DNA of 64,000 nt from a bacterium (GCA_965216635.1 OZ244188.1:960001-1024000), one strand, 5' to 3'. Shown: positions 29,222 through 39,278, counted from the first letter of the stretch. The notes: generated by a model from the letters alone, not told the origin. Made by a program: numbers and translations.

Positions 29222-30850
29222 TCTTTTTTTAGTTTGATTACCTGTTAGTTCTGTATAAGTCTCTAATAGAACTTCCAACATTTTGGGATAGTAGATAACA
29301 CTCTCGTGGCTCATCAAAGCGATTTGTAACAAATTTCTCTCTTTCAAATACTTACTGCGGTAGTGTAATAAAAATCCTTTGTGTTCCATAGCCATTCCCA
29401 AAACCATAGAATCTAAAGATGGGTGCAAGCTAAAGGTTACCATCACTGCACCATCTTTCACCTTAAATAATTGGAAGGGAAGTTTTTCTATAGCTCTTTC
29501 AATAGATTGGTAGGCTGTTTTTATTTTTTGTAATCTATTTTCTAAATCTAACTCATCTAAAGAAGTAACCAAAGCTTGCAGTAAGTTGGAACTACCACTA
29601 AAAGGAATGCCTCCACACCTATGGTAGTTATAAAGATTAAGATAAACCGCAATAGTTTTTTGAGGTTTCTCTAATAGGTGATTATAAGTAACAATAGCGA
29701 GTCCTGTATAAGCAGACAGACCCTTACCAGAAACTAAGGAAGCAAGGTAAATTTGAGAATAATCTACAGGAGCATTAGCAACAACGCTAATACCATCTAC
29801 ACAAACCTTGATTTTCTTTCTTTTGGTTGTGTTTCTTTGGGCAATGGATAAAATTTTGTTTAAATCGTTGAGTATACCAATAGATGTTTCCAAATGCACA
29901 AACCAAATCCACTCTATTTCAGGATTTTGAAAAATATGCTTTTCAATCATTTCATAATCCATATTTTTTCCAAAATCAAAAGCTAGCAAATCATAATCTA
30001 ACCCGACTCCCACCACACTTTCTACAAGCCTATTTCCAAATTCTCCATTGCTTAAAATCAATCCTTTTGTATCCAACTGTTTGAGTTGTCCTGCAATAAC
30101 ATCGTTTGCTAAAGTTCCAGTTCCCATAAAAACTTCTGAAAACTTTGCTTTTGTTATCTGTTGAATTTGCCATTTAAGCCTACCTAAAAAAAGTTTATAG
30201 TCCAAACCTCTGTGGCTAATTGCTGGAAAAGTAAAACTTTTGCAGACTTTTTCTGTTTGACTTACGGGACCCGGCAAAAAATTCAATATTTTCGTTTTTG
30301 CCTCTTTGGTATCTTGAAAAAATCTAGCCACTTTATAACCATAGTTTTCTGAGGTAAGACACATAGGTTGATAGAGGGCTTCTTTTTTCCCTACTACAGG
30401 ACCAAAACAGGTAAAACCAATTTTTTGATAAAAATCTTTTTTTGATAAAAGAGCCGAAATGACAATAACGTCGTGTCTTTTTTTCCAAACCCAATCTCTT
30501 ACCATTTGAAACATTTGGATTACGATACTACCAGCTCGGTTACTCGGTTGAATAGAAAGCAAGCGAATTTCTGTAAGGGATACATCCTCTGGAAAATAAG
30601 CATCAAGATCACTTAGTTTATTATCTAGCGAAAAGGGTCGTTTGTCTCTTGTAGATATCATCGCTAACAACTCTTTTCCTTTAAGACAGATAAAATATGT
30701 ATTTTCCTTGTGAAACTTATCTACTAGAACTTGAGATTTATTCTTAGGATGTTGTTTAACTTCTTCTACAAATGTTTGATAATTCAATTTTGAAATAAGC
30801 TCGAATTCCCACTCAAATTCGGCTATCTTATAAGTATATGTAAAGGACAC
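29210..30850 (-). CDS. GNAT-type N-acyltransferase fused to a class V PLP aminotransferase
   Basis: N-terminal EIRLLSI...FYQKIGF..FG (GNAT); C-terminal FLPGPV, SHR, VHLETS.G, DGIS, SGKGL (PLP lysine). Confidence 0.85.
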   Translation of the reverse strand: MSFTYTYKIAEFEWEFELISKLNYQTFVEEVKQHPKNKSQVLVDKFHKENTYFICLKGKELLAMISTRDKRPFSLDNKLSDLDAYFPEDVSLTEIRLLSIQPSNRAGSIVIQMFQMVRDWVWKKRHDVIVISALLSKKDFYQKIGFTCFGPVVGKKEALYQPMCLTSENYGYKVARFFQDTKEAKTKILNFLPGPVSQTEKVCKSFTFPAISHRGLDYKLFLGRLKWQIQQITKAKFSEVFMGTGTLANDVIAGQLKQLDTKGLILSNGEFGNRLVESVVGVGLDYDLLAFDFGKNMDYEMIEKHIFQNPEIEWIWFVHLETSIGILNDLNKILSIAQRNTTKRKKIKVCVDGISVVANAPVDYSQIYLASLVSGKGLSAYTGLAIVTYNHLLEKPQKTIAVYLNLYNYHRCGGIPFSGSSNLLQALVTSLDELDLENRLQKIKTAYQSIERAIEKLPFQLFKVKDGAVMVTFSLHPSLDSMVLGMAMEHKGFLLHYRSKYLKERNLLQIALMSHESVIYYPKMLEVLLETYTELTGNQTKKRLAR

Positions 30851-31431
30851 TATTGGTTTTTCGTTAGGTTGGTTCGGTGACGCAAAAGTACCACGCCAGT
30901 AGGCAAGAGAAGTATTAGTCTTTCTATTGCCGGGTTTTCTAGAAAATATAAGATGTTTATAACACAGCCAGAAATAAATAGCAAGAGGGCTTTTTTATCA
31001 ACCAATTTTCCAAAAATGAGTAAAATTAGTCCAACAAGAAATATATAAGGTGCTAAAAAAAAAACAAATCCTGCATAAATACTCACACCTTTTCCTCCTT
31101 TAAATCGCAGTTGTGGAGGATAAGAATGCCCTAAAATACAAAAAAAAAAACCAATCAGACTCACTTCCGCTAAACCCAAACCCATATTTGTATCATAGAG
31201 AAAAGGCAGCCAATACGGCAACCAGTATAAACAGGCACCTTTAAGAAAATCTATACAAAATATCAACACAAAACCTAGTTTTCCATAGATTCTGCCTACA
31301 TTTCTAGCCCCAGCTGTTCCTGAATGGACTGTACGAATATCTTTTTTCCCCAACAACCTCACAAAGTAATAGGAGCTATTCAAAGCACCTAGTAGATAAG
31401 AAAATATAAAAAACAAACCTGTAGTTACCAT
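30850..31431 (-). CDS. plsY: Glycerol-3-phosphate acyltransferase PlsY family
   Basis: SYLLG, DIR..HSG..GARN..R, D.LKG, GH.YP....FKGGKGV, RH..N. Confidence 0.88.
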   Translation of the reverse strand: MVTTGLFFIFSYLLGALNSSYYFVRLLGKKDIRTVHSGTAGARNVGRIYGKLGFVLIFCIDFLKGACLYWLPYWLPFLYDTNMGLGLAEVSLIGFFFCILGHSYPPQLRFKGGKGVSIYAGFVFFLAPYIFLVGLILLIFGKLVDKKALLLFISGCVINILYFLENPAIERLILLLPTGVVLLRHRTNLTKNQ

Positions 31432-31441
31432 ATATTATTGT

Positions 31442-31656
31442 GAGATCTTTGAATTAGTTGTTGTATTCGTCGTTTAATCTATTGGGGTTATGCAGCGGTG
31501 TTTCAAGTTTTTTATTTCTCAAAATACTTGAGACTGTTTCGCAAGACGATATTTTAGTTCTTTTATCACCAGTCTAACCACTGGGGGTAAAAAATTTTTG
31601 TGCCTTGTCTAGCTTTCCTAGCCATCTTTGTCCTATTTGGCTAATTCAACAGTCTC
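31442..31656. mobile_element. Diverged MITE-like element
   Basis: gagatctttgaattag ... ctaattcaacagtctc; overlaps the stop codon of the upstream mutase gene. Confidence 0.75.
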
Positions 31657-33391
31657 TTGGGTTTTTTACTTTTAAAGAGTGGATAAGAAAAAGTTGTATT
31701 TCTTCTAGTAAAATAGAAAGTTTTTCCTCCCATTTTTTATGTCCTCTCAAATAAAGAGAAGTTTTATCTTCTGTGCCTGAATTTCTAATAAAAACAGCCG
31801 CTTGGGTAGATTCTTGTTGTTGAATAGTCCAATAGTGCAAGTCAGGTTGATTCGCAAAATTTTCTTTTTTAATCTTTAAAGACGCAAGGTTTAGTTTTTG
31901 AAATTGCTTTATTACAAAATGATGCAACGACAACGAAAATTCCTTATTGTGCAACATTTTTTTATTGACTTCATATATGGCTAAATTTTTTAAAATTCCA
32001 ATAGGATATTGATTTTGTAGTTTCTGAAAAAATTCTTTTGTAGGAGTATTGCCACAAGTTGAAAAAATACTAGGCAGACTTTTTAGAGCAGTCAAAATAC
32101 CATTCCCTGTAAAAAACAATCGCTTTCTTTTGAAAATAGTAACCTTAGAAGTATTTTCGCCTCCTTTCCTAATTTTTATATAGGTAGGAAAAATAAAATG
32201 GCCCGAGTCCTCGTAGCCCAACTGAAAAGCATCTCCCATTTCGTTCGCTTTTTGCAGTAGCCATCTATCTCCTATAGGTGAAATGGTTTGTCGCCAACCT
32301 TGATTTTCTGCAAAAATTTTTATTTGTAAATCACTTTCTATCGTATTATAAAAATTCACTGTTTTCCCTTTTTTTTCTAAATCACACAAAAAGTGAATTG
32401 CTAAACTATCGCCTGTTAGTATTTGAATTTTTTTAGCATAAGTATCGTATTCCGCTCGCATAAATCTATCTCCATCACCATCAAAAATAAATCCTGTAAG
32501 AAATAGCTCCCCCTTATCTACTTTTATATTATTCTCTGCTTCTGCAAACATTTTTATAAATAACTGATGATTAGCAAAAACTCCCCCTACATTAATATCA
32601 TTCACTAAAATTTCTTTTCTTCCTTCTAAATCAGTTACTCCGCAGTGATGGTTGATTCTACCTTTAGTATTTAAAAAAACAATTTTATGAAATTTAAAAA
32701 ACTTAAAAACTTTTTCTACTGTTTCAGTAACTGCTCCATTTGCACAATCCACCATTAAAATAGTCTTAGAAAAAATTTTATCTTTTTTCATCTGCTTGCA
32801 GAGATTACGAGTAAATTGCCTGATTGCTTTATCTTTCAAACTTTTCTGAGGTTTAGAAAAAAGTTTTTTTCTGTGAGGCAAATCAGGAAGAGGGTAAGGT
32901 AGTTCTTGGAGGAGTTGGCTAAACTTTGCTTCTTGCTCGGGTAGCATTTTCATAGCTTTTTGTGGTAAAAAAATTTTGATTCCATTTTGATTATCTGGAT
33001 TGTGCGAAGCAGTAAGCATCAAGGCTCCAGATCTACCTCGTTTCACAAGATAAAAAGCCAACGCAGGAGTAGGCACTATATCTAAAAATCTCAGGCTCAT
33101 ACCTGCTTTTTGAATACCATTTAAACAGGCTTGAGTATAATAAAAATCTGTATCCCTTGTATCTCTGCCTACCATAATAAAATCTCCGTATCGGGCTAGC
33201 TTTTCTTTCAGAAGATATTTACAAAAACCATAAGCGTAAAGTTCAAAAAATTCTGGTATAAGAATATTTTTTTCCAAAAAAATTTTAATCGGGTCCCTTT
33301 TTCCTATCTCACCTGCTGAAAGTGGTACTCGTTCAATATAACCTCTAACTCCATCTGTGCCTTGTAGTATTTTAACCATTCTGTATTTCAT
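31646..33391 (-). CDS. Alpha-D-phosphohexomutase (GlmM/PGM-like)
   Basis: GTDGVRG, TASHNP, DGDGDR, R.SGTE motifs. Confidence 0.85.
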   Translation of the reverse strand: MKYRMVKILQGTDGVRGYIERVPLSAGEIGKRDPIKIFLEKNILIPEFFELYAYGFCKYLLKEKLARYGDFIMVGRDTRDTDFYYTQACLNGIQKAGMSLRFLDIVPTPALAFYLVKRGRSGALMLTASHNPDNQNGIKIFLPQKAMKMLPEQEAKFSQLLQELPYPLPDLPHRKKLFSKPQKSLKDKAIRQFTRNLCKQMKKDKIFSKTILMVDCANGAVTETVEKVFKFFKFHKIVFLNTKGRINHHCGVTDLEGRKEILVNDINVGGVFANHQLFIKMFAEAENNIKVDKGELFLTGFIFDGDGDRFMRAEYDTYAKKIQILTGDSLAIHFLCDLEKKGKTVNFYNTIESDLQIKIFAENQGWRQTISPIGDRWLLQKANEMGDAFQLGYEDSGHFIFPTYIKIRKGGENTSKVTIFKRKRLFFTGNGILTALKSLPSIFSTCGNTPTKEFFQKLQNQYPIGILKNLAIYEVNKKMLHNKEFSLSLHHFVIKQFQKLNLASLKIKKENFANQPDLHYWTIQQQESTQAAVFIRNSGTEDKTSLYLRGHKKWEEKLSILLEEIQLFLIHSLKVKNPRDC

Positions 33392-33445
33392 AGACTTTTG
33401 AATTCGCCTTGTCTAGCCGTCACATCAGCGAAATTCAAAGGTCTA
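33391..33445. mobile_element. Minimal 55-bp MITE-like element
   Basis: tagacttttgaattcg ... cgaaattcaaaggtcta fills the whole thiN-mutase intergenic gap. Confidence 0.85.
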
Positions 33446-34090
33446 GTCTATTTCATTTAGTTTATGTTCCAAAAATATAATCAACATCCCTCTCTTCCAA
33501 TATAACTTAACAGGTGTTTTTTTTACTCTATTAGAAATACTAACACAACCTCCAAAGTCTAAGTTTTCACCTAATAGCTCGTATTCTAAACCTTCGCTAG
33601 ACAATTTTTCTACCCTACCAAATAAAGGAAAAAAAGAAATACGACTTCCTGTTTTTGCTGTTATTACTTTTTCCTTGAACGCTAACTCTATAGATTCACT
33701 TGGAGTCCAAAAGCAGATTTTTTGAAAATCTGTATAATATAACTTTAATATACTAATATTAAAAAGTAAATGGTCTACACGCGAGCCTACCAAACCTAAA
33801 ACGTTCACTTCTTCCACTAATTTTTTTTTAAGATAATTTAAAGTTTTTTGAAAATCTGTAGTGTCTTGATTGTATTCTTGCACAATCCTATTTTTTTTTA
33901 TATTCTCTGGAAGTTGCTCTTTATCAAGAGAATCCATATCTCCTATAACGAAATCTGGAGTGAATCCAGCATCAGAAACAAAATGAAAGCTTCCATCAGT
34001 GCAAATGCAAACATCACTTTTATTCCAAAAATAGGCTAGTAACTGACGAGAAACTGGATAACCATTTAAAATTACTAGCGCTTTTTTCAT
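33443..34090 (-). CDS. thiN: Thiamine pyrophosphokinase
   Basis: C.DG, IGDMDS, QDTTDF.K.L, G.RVDH..FN, GL.Y.L, SISN. Confidence 0.88.
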   Translation of the reverse strand: MKKALVILNGYPVSRQLLAYFWNKSDVCICTDGSFHFVSDAGFTPDFVIGDMDSLDKEQLPENIKKNRIVQEYNQDTTDFQKTLNYLKKKLVEEVNVLGLVGSRVDHLLFNISILKLYYTDFQKICFWTPSESIELAFKEKVITAKTGSRISFFPLFGRVEKLSSEGLEYELLGENLDFGGCVSISNRVKKTPVKLYWKRGMLIIFLEHKLNEID

Positions 34091-34144
34091 CTTTTTATTA
34101 TACAAAAATTATTGCATTATGTCTGTTTCAGAGGCAATATTTTA

Positions 34145-34410
34145 TAGACTATCGTATTTGCATTCTGTTTAGCCAAAACAAACGTTGAAAAAAATTTTTA
34201 ACTCTTAAAATATCGTAGTGAAAAATACTACAAAATTTGCATAATCCAAAAAAGAAATGTAAAAGAGCCAGTGGCTCTTTTACTATAACCCTTATTTTGT
34301 GTTAAGCAGTAAGAGAGCATTCCCGCGAGCTAAAATTTTTTTTCGCAGCTGTTCTAACCATTTGGCTAGCCCCAATAATAAAATAAGCATCAGCGAAATT
34401 CAAAGGTCTT
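34145..34410. mobile_element. Palindromic MITE-like element, long variant
   Basis: Degenerate left TIR tagactatcgtatttgc and right gaaattcaaaggtct; aaaagagcc/ggctctttt hairpin. Confidence 0.85.
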
Positions 34411-34432
34411 ATTGACTATAAACTTACTAAAA

Positions 34433-35527
34433 ATGTACACATATCACCCCCAAAAAATAGTCGTAGATAGCGAAGTTTTAGAACTCCCTTTCACAAACAA
34501 AGTATTATCAAAATTTCCAAAAATTCAACCCAGAGTTGTTAATCGCCAAGAATACCAAAAAGAAATATTAAATTCCACACCTACACTGAGTAAAGGGAAA
34601 AAAACACTTTACCTCAAAAGATTTTTAGGCAGCCCAGTAAAACTTTGCCCCGGTTTTTCTATAAATGCTGTTTGTTGTAACTACTACACTTTGGACTTTA
34701 TAGAAAACTGTCCTTTGGAATGTAGTTATTGTATCCTGCAAGCAATACACAACCAACCCAATATTATATTACACGCCAATATAGAAGAAATTTTACAAAA
34801 TATAGCTCTTGTAATTAGCAAAAGGCCTCAAATGCAATTTTCTATAGGTACAGGAGAGCATTCCGATAGTTTAGCTCTGGACTCTATCTTTGAATTGAAC
34901 CCTGTATTAGTAGATTTTTTCTCACAATTTTCTAATGCTCGTCTAGAATTAAAAACAAAAACCGATGCCATTGAGCCCTTGCTGACTTTAAACCATAAAG
35001 GCAACACCGTTGTTTCTTGGTCTCTTAATACAGAATATATCAGCCGCAAAGAAGAACACAAGACAGCAAGCGCAAAAAATAGAATTCTAGCTGCAAAAAA
35101 ATTAGCAGCAGTGGGTTATCCAGTAGGTTTTCATTTTGACCCTCTTATCTATTATGAAAATTGGCAAAAAGGCTACAGTCAAATTATAGATTTCTTAGCA
35201 GAAAAAATAAACCAAGAAAAAATAGCTTGGATTAGTATCGGTACTTTAAGGTATATTCCAAAGCTAAAAAAAATTGCCGAAGAAAGATTTCCAAAAATGG
35301 ATTTGTTTTGTTCTGAATTTGCTCCCACTGCCGATGGAAAAATGAAATATATTCGCCCCATCCGAGAAACACTCTGTGGATTTGTATCTGACTTGCTGAA
35401 ACAAAAATTTCCTAAAGTGCCTCGCTATCTTTGTATGGAGCAAGGTCATATTTGGGAAAAAACAATGGATTATTTACCAAAAAATCCGCACCAGATGGAA
35501 CAGAAAATTCGTTCGCGTGTTTTTTAG
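34433..35527 (+). CDS. Spore photoproduct lyase-like radical SAM protein
   Basis: NCPLECSYCIL (CxxxCxxC), GTGE.SDSL, ELKTK, SWSLN, GFHFDP, YLCME. Confidence 0.82.
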   Translation: MYTYHPQKIVVDSEVLELPFTNKVLSKFPKIQPRVVNRQEYQKEILNSTPTLSKGKKTLYLKRFLGSPVKLCPGFSINAVCCNYYTLDFIENCPLECSYCILQAIHNQPNIILHANIEEILQNIALVISKRPQMQFSIGTGEHSDSLALDSIFELNPVLVDFFSQFSNARLELKTKTDAIEPLLTLNHKGNTVVSWSLNTEYISRKEEHKTASAKNRILAAKKLAAVGYPVGFHFDPLIYYENWQKGYSQIIDFLAEKINQEKIAWISIGTLRYIPKLKKIAEERFPKMDLFCSEFAPTADGKMKYIRPIRETLCGFVSDLLKQKFPKVPRYLCMEQGHIWEKTMDYLPKNPHQMEQKIRSRVF

Positions 35528-35547
35528 TTATTTCTTTTTTTTGATTT

Positions 35548-35970
35548 ATGCTTTTTAAAATTTACATAGATGAATCAGGAGATGAACCTCCAGAAATAAT
35601 TTTTTCTAATAGAAAACAGTTGAAATTAAATAATTTTATAAATTATTTAAATCATTTAAAAAATTTAGAAAAAAAAAGTTCAATTCAGTGGGATTTTTTA
35701 AAAATAGATTCTAATCATATCAATTCAGCATCAGCCAATCAATTGGTGGGATTGCAATTTGCAGATTGTTTTGCAACTGCATTTAGAAATTATGGATTTG
35801 AGATCAATAGTTTTGGAGCAGTTGAAACTAGCTACGTTCAAATTTTAAAACCGCTTGTTTATCATCAAAATAATAACTACAAATCTAATGGGCTTAAAAT
35901 TTTAGGAAATACAACAAAATGTTGCGAAGAAACAAAGAATTTATTGAAATTTTACAATATTGAAGTGTAA
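35548..35970 (+). pseudogene. DUF3800-family protein with apparent internal deletion
   Basis: Has both the YIDESGD and GLQFAD family motifs but is only 140 aa; the region normally following DESG appears to be missing. Confidence 0.6.
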
Positions 35971-35990
35971 AGTATAGAGAAAAGAGAGGA

Positions 35991-36078
35991 GGGCTAGTCC
36001 CTAGAGTGAGTTTCCTGCCCACTAAAGACAGGCTGCGTCCCTTCAGACGCCACACTTTAGCCTAGCGCATACTAACCC
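35991..36078 (+). ncRNA. Candidate structured RNA downstream of DUF3800
   Basis: GC-rich island; gggctagt/actaaccc closing stem, ctag/ctag, ctaaag/ctttag and gcgtc/gacgc stems; strand inferred from the neighbouring gene. Confidence 0.55.
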
Positions 36079-36138
36079 AGTTAACAATATGGATACTTTT
36101 TTATATTTTGTCAAGTTTAGTATTCTAATTTTTTTTTC

Positions 36139-37557
36139 CTAAAAACTCAAGTGCAGGGAGAGGCTGATGACGAGTGGTGCTTTGAGCTCGGCATCTGTTT
36201 CTGTGGTTGTGGTTGTCTGAGTTTTTGATTCTTCTGCTGGAGTTAGGATTTTGTTTATATATACAGTTCTGCTGCGGACTTGAGTCACTGGTGTTCTATA
36301 ATCATTAATGAATACTCCAGAATCATTTACAAAGTATCTTGCGTGAATATATATCCCTGCAGTAGATATGCCCCTGATACCAAACACTGCTGAATCACCG
36401 CTTGCAGTCTGTGTTTCTTGAAAAGAGCGTAACACCATGGGAGTAGTATTAGCATTAGCAGTAGTAGTATTATTAGTAGTAACACTGTTTTTTAGAGAAA
36501 CTCCCGAAATATACTTCGTCAAGCCAAAATTAAGCGATAGGTTGGGGGTTAATTTCTGCTTATAGCCGACTTGAAGCACGGGACTAGTAGCAGAGGCGCT
36601 GGTTGAACCGTTGGCAGAATTGGTAAGCTTCATACTCGCTAGACCGCCTCCTACAAAAAGACCCTTGTTGACAAAATAATCCGCCATAACTAGCGTATTG
36701 GCGAGCTCGTTAGCTCCCCCCTTGCCAGTAAAGTGAGTCAAGGAGGCTCTCCATTTTTCCCACCTAAAGCCGAATTGCAGACCAATACCAGAAAGTTGAT
36801 CGCTCTTGCTACTAGGGATTGCTGTTGGATCCGCAGGTACAGAAGTTGGAGTTGGATCTGAATCTGGAGTCGCAATCTGATATTCTTTAATTTTCATTCT
36901 GTCGGAGGAAAGATCTCCGAAAAAGTAAGTGAAACAATAATTAGTGTCTCGTCCATTATTTCCTACTCCCGTAGGAAATCTATTGTCTATCGTGGGTCCG
37001 TCACCTGTGGTGGTCACAATAGTTCCTTGACCTTTACTCGTGCCTGCATCAAAAGACTCCAGATAGAAAGAGGAATACTCATAAGTTATACCATCCGCTG
37101 TAACCGATGTGACTCCTGTTTCACAACTCTCTTTAAAAAGAGTTCCTATTCCGTTATAATGAAAACTACCACTAATCTGATTATTATAAAAATAGTTATC
37201 TACAGATGCTTCTATTCTAGAGTTTGTTGCTCCATAGCCGCTATTGCCACGATCTACATCAATTCTATAGCCTGTAGTAGAGTCTGTGATGGTTGTGCTA
37301 TTTGTGGTGACAAGTGTTGTGGTATCTACTTTAAAACCATTCAGATAGACAAAACCAGCGAAAAATCCCTGCTTGCTGCTACCATTCGCCTGTGCTTGCA
37401 GCTTGCTGCCTCCAAAAGTAAAGGCGCTTCCTATAAGAAGAGCGGGAACAAGAATAGCTACCAAAACGAAATGAGCCAAAGTAAAACGAGCCAAAACGAA
37501 ACGAGCCAGCGAAAAAGCGAAAGTTTTCCTTAAAACTTGGGAATTTATGTTTTTCAT
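36139..37557 (-). CDS. Outer-membrane beta-barrel protein with large variable loops
   Basis: Signal peptide; amphipathic strands; C-terminal LSLHLSF OMP signature; paralog at 1..1026; likely start ATG 37557. Confidence 0.8.
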   Translation of the reverse strand: MKNINSQVLRKTFAFSLARFVLARFTLAHFVLVAILVPALLIGSAFTFGGSKLQAQANGSSKQGFFAGFVYLNGFKVDTTTLVTTNSTTITDSTTGYRIDVDRGNSGYGATNSRIEASVDNYFYNNQISGSFHYNGIGTLFKESCETGVTSVTADGITYEYSSFYLESFDAGTSKGQGTIVTTTGDGPTIDNRFPTGVGNNGRDTNYCFTYFFGDLSSDRMKIKEYQIATPDSDPTPTSVPADPTAIPSSKSDQLSGIGLQFGFRWEKWRASLTHFTGKGGANELANTLVMADYFVNKGLFVGGGLASMKLTNSANGSTSASATSPVLQVGYKQKLTPNLSLNFGLTKYISGVSLKNSVTTNNTTTANANTTPMVLRSFQETQTASGDSAVFGIRGISTAGIYIHARYFVNDSGVFINDYRTPVTQVRSRTVYINKILTPAEESKTQTTTTTETDAELKAPLVISLSLHLSF

Positions 37558-38056
37558 AATCGTGTAAATAATTAAATTTAGGTTAAATAACAAAACTTCA
37601 TAAAGAATTGCAGAAAAAAACAATTTAGTCAATATATTTTTTTGGCTATTGACATCTTTTTATTTTTACTGCTCATTCTTTATAAAGAAGAATTGCAGAA
37701 AAAAAAATTCTTGTCAATATTCTATTGGCTATTAGCAGTTTTTTTATTTTTTCTGCTTATTTTTTATAGAAGAATCCTTTTTTGTCAAGCTAGCACTAAG
37801 TTTATTTTGGAAAATTATACGCTTTAAAAAACAAACAAAGCTTAAAAACTATATTTTTCTGTTGAAAAACAAAGCAATTTAAGATAATTTGAGAACTTTG
37901 CCAACTAAAAATTAGAACGCTAATTCAAAGGTCTACCTAATTCTCTGAGTTTAAAAAATTTCTGTTTTTTACCACAGCCTAAAATAAACCTTGAGTTTTA
38001 TTGTAATTTTTTATAAAGTTGGAGTTTTTAAAGTTCTATAAAGACATAAAGATATA

Positions 38057-38341
38057 ATGATAAAAAAAATAATCGTGGCGGCAAAATGGGATGCTGAGGC
38101 TAGTGTTTGGATTGCCACCAGTAAAGACTTGCCTGAACTAATTACTGAAGCATCAAACCCTACTGAATTGGAGAAAAAACTAAAAATTATGATACCAGAA
38201 ATATTGGAAATGAGAGAAGAAGATGAAAAACTATCTAATCTCACTTGTAATTTTGTGGCAAATAGGGCTAGAGACGTTAATATTCCTATTGAACTACTTC
38301 TACAAAAATCAATCTTCGCAAAAATCACTGCAACAATTTAA
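38057..38341 (+). CDS. DUF1902/HicB-like antitoxin
   Basis: A.WD.EA.VWIATS.DLP.L.TEA....EL..KL..MIPE.L. Confidence 0.8.
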   Translation: MIKKIIVAAKWDAEASVWIATSKDLPELITEASNPTELEKKLKIMIPEILEMREEDEKLSNLTCNFVANRARDVNIPIELLLQKSIFAKITATI

Positions 38342-38363
38342 TATCGGAGTTAAAGTATAAATA

Positions 38364-38411
38364 ATGGATGGCTACTCCAAAAAATTAAAAAAAATACTGA
38401 TGATATACTAA
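38364..38411 (+). pseudogene. Possible 15-codon remnant of a HicA-like toxin
   Basis: MDGYSKKLKKILMIY* directly after DUF1902; resembles the N-terminal helix of HicA-type partners. Confidence 0.4.
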
Positions 38412-38504
38412 AAAGATTTGGAATAAAATATAAATTTTAACCTATTGAGCTCTCCACAAACAAACCTTTTTTCCTTTACTTTAGCGAATTTTTTTTATAA
38501 AACT

Positions 38505-39263
38505 ATGGATAATTCTTGGATTTTAGAAGCCAACCGATTACAGCAAGAAAATCACGATTTTGTGATTGTAACTATTGCACAAACCAATGGTTCTACTCCT
38601 AGAAACGAGGGGAGTAAAATGCTAGTTACAGAAAAAGGGCAGTTTAAATCTATCGGAGGGGGTAAACTAGAATTAGAAGCTACTAAACTAGCGAGAGAAA
38701 TGTTACAAACCAAAGACAGTGCGAGTAATCTAAAAACTATCTCGCTAGGGGCTAGCTTAGGACAATGCTGTGGTGGGCAAATAACCTTATTTTTAGAAAA
38801 ATGTTCGTCAGAAATCATCCATATAGCTCTTTTCGGTGGAGGACATGTAGGACAAGCGTTATTACTGATTTTAGAACAACTTCCCTACAAAATAACCCTT
38901 GTAGAATCAAGAAAAGAATTTTCTCAAGAAACTTCTAAAAAAAAAACTATTATTTTAAGCGAACATCCTGCTGACGAAGTAGAAAATTTTTTACCCAAAA
39001 CCTATTACTTAATTATGACCCATAGCCATGCGCAAGACCTTGCTATTTGTGAAGCCATAATAAAAAGAAAAGATTTTGCTTATCTAGGAATTATAGGATC
39101 CAAAAAAAAATCCTTGCGCTTCCAAAACCATCTTTTGAAAAAAGGATACCCTGAATCCTTGATTAAAAAAATTTTTTGTCCTATAGGATTAACTATAAGA
39201 AATAACAAACAACCAATGGAAATTGCTGTTTCTATTGCAGCTCAATTGATTGAAACAATATAA
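38505..39263 (+). CDS. xdhC: Xanthine dehydrogenase accessory protein XdhC
   Basis: GSTPR..G.KM.V, IGGG.LE, LGQCCGG, MTHSH..D, G.IGS..K, CPIG. Confidence 0.9.
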   Translation: MDNSWILEANRLQQENHDFVIVTIAQTNGSTPRNEGSKMLVTEKGQFKSIGGGKLELEATKLAREMLQTKDSASNLKTISLGASLGQCCGGQITLFLEKCSSEIIHIALFGGGHVGQALLLILEQLPYKITLVESRKEFSQETSKKKTIILSEHPADEVENFLPKTYYLIMTHSHAQDLAICEAIIKRKDFAYLGIIGSKKKSLRFQNHLLKKGYPESLIKKIFCPIGLTIRNNKQPMEIAVSIAAQLIETI

Positions 39264-39278
39264 AATATCACTCGGCAA

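Noticed and set aside
1..37557. Diversity-generating retroelement TR/VR pair between the OMP paralogs
   Set aside because: Differences are not adenine-specific, both copies are full genes, and no reverse transcriptase is present
37027..37827. Plus-strand ORFs 37027..37533 and 37642..37827
   Set aside because: The first is antisense to the OMP gene; the second is low-complexity translation of its AT-rich upstream repeats
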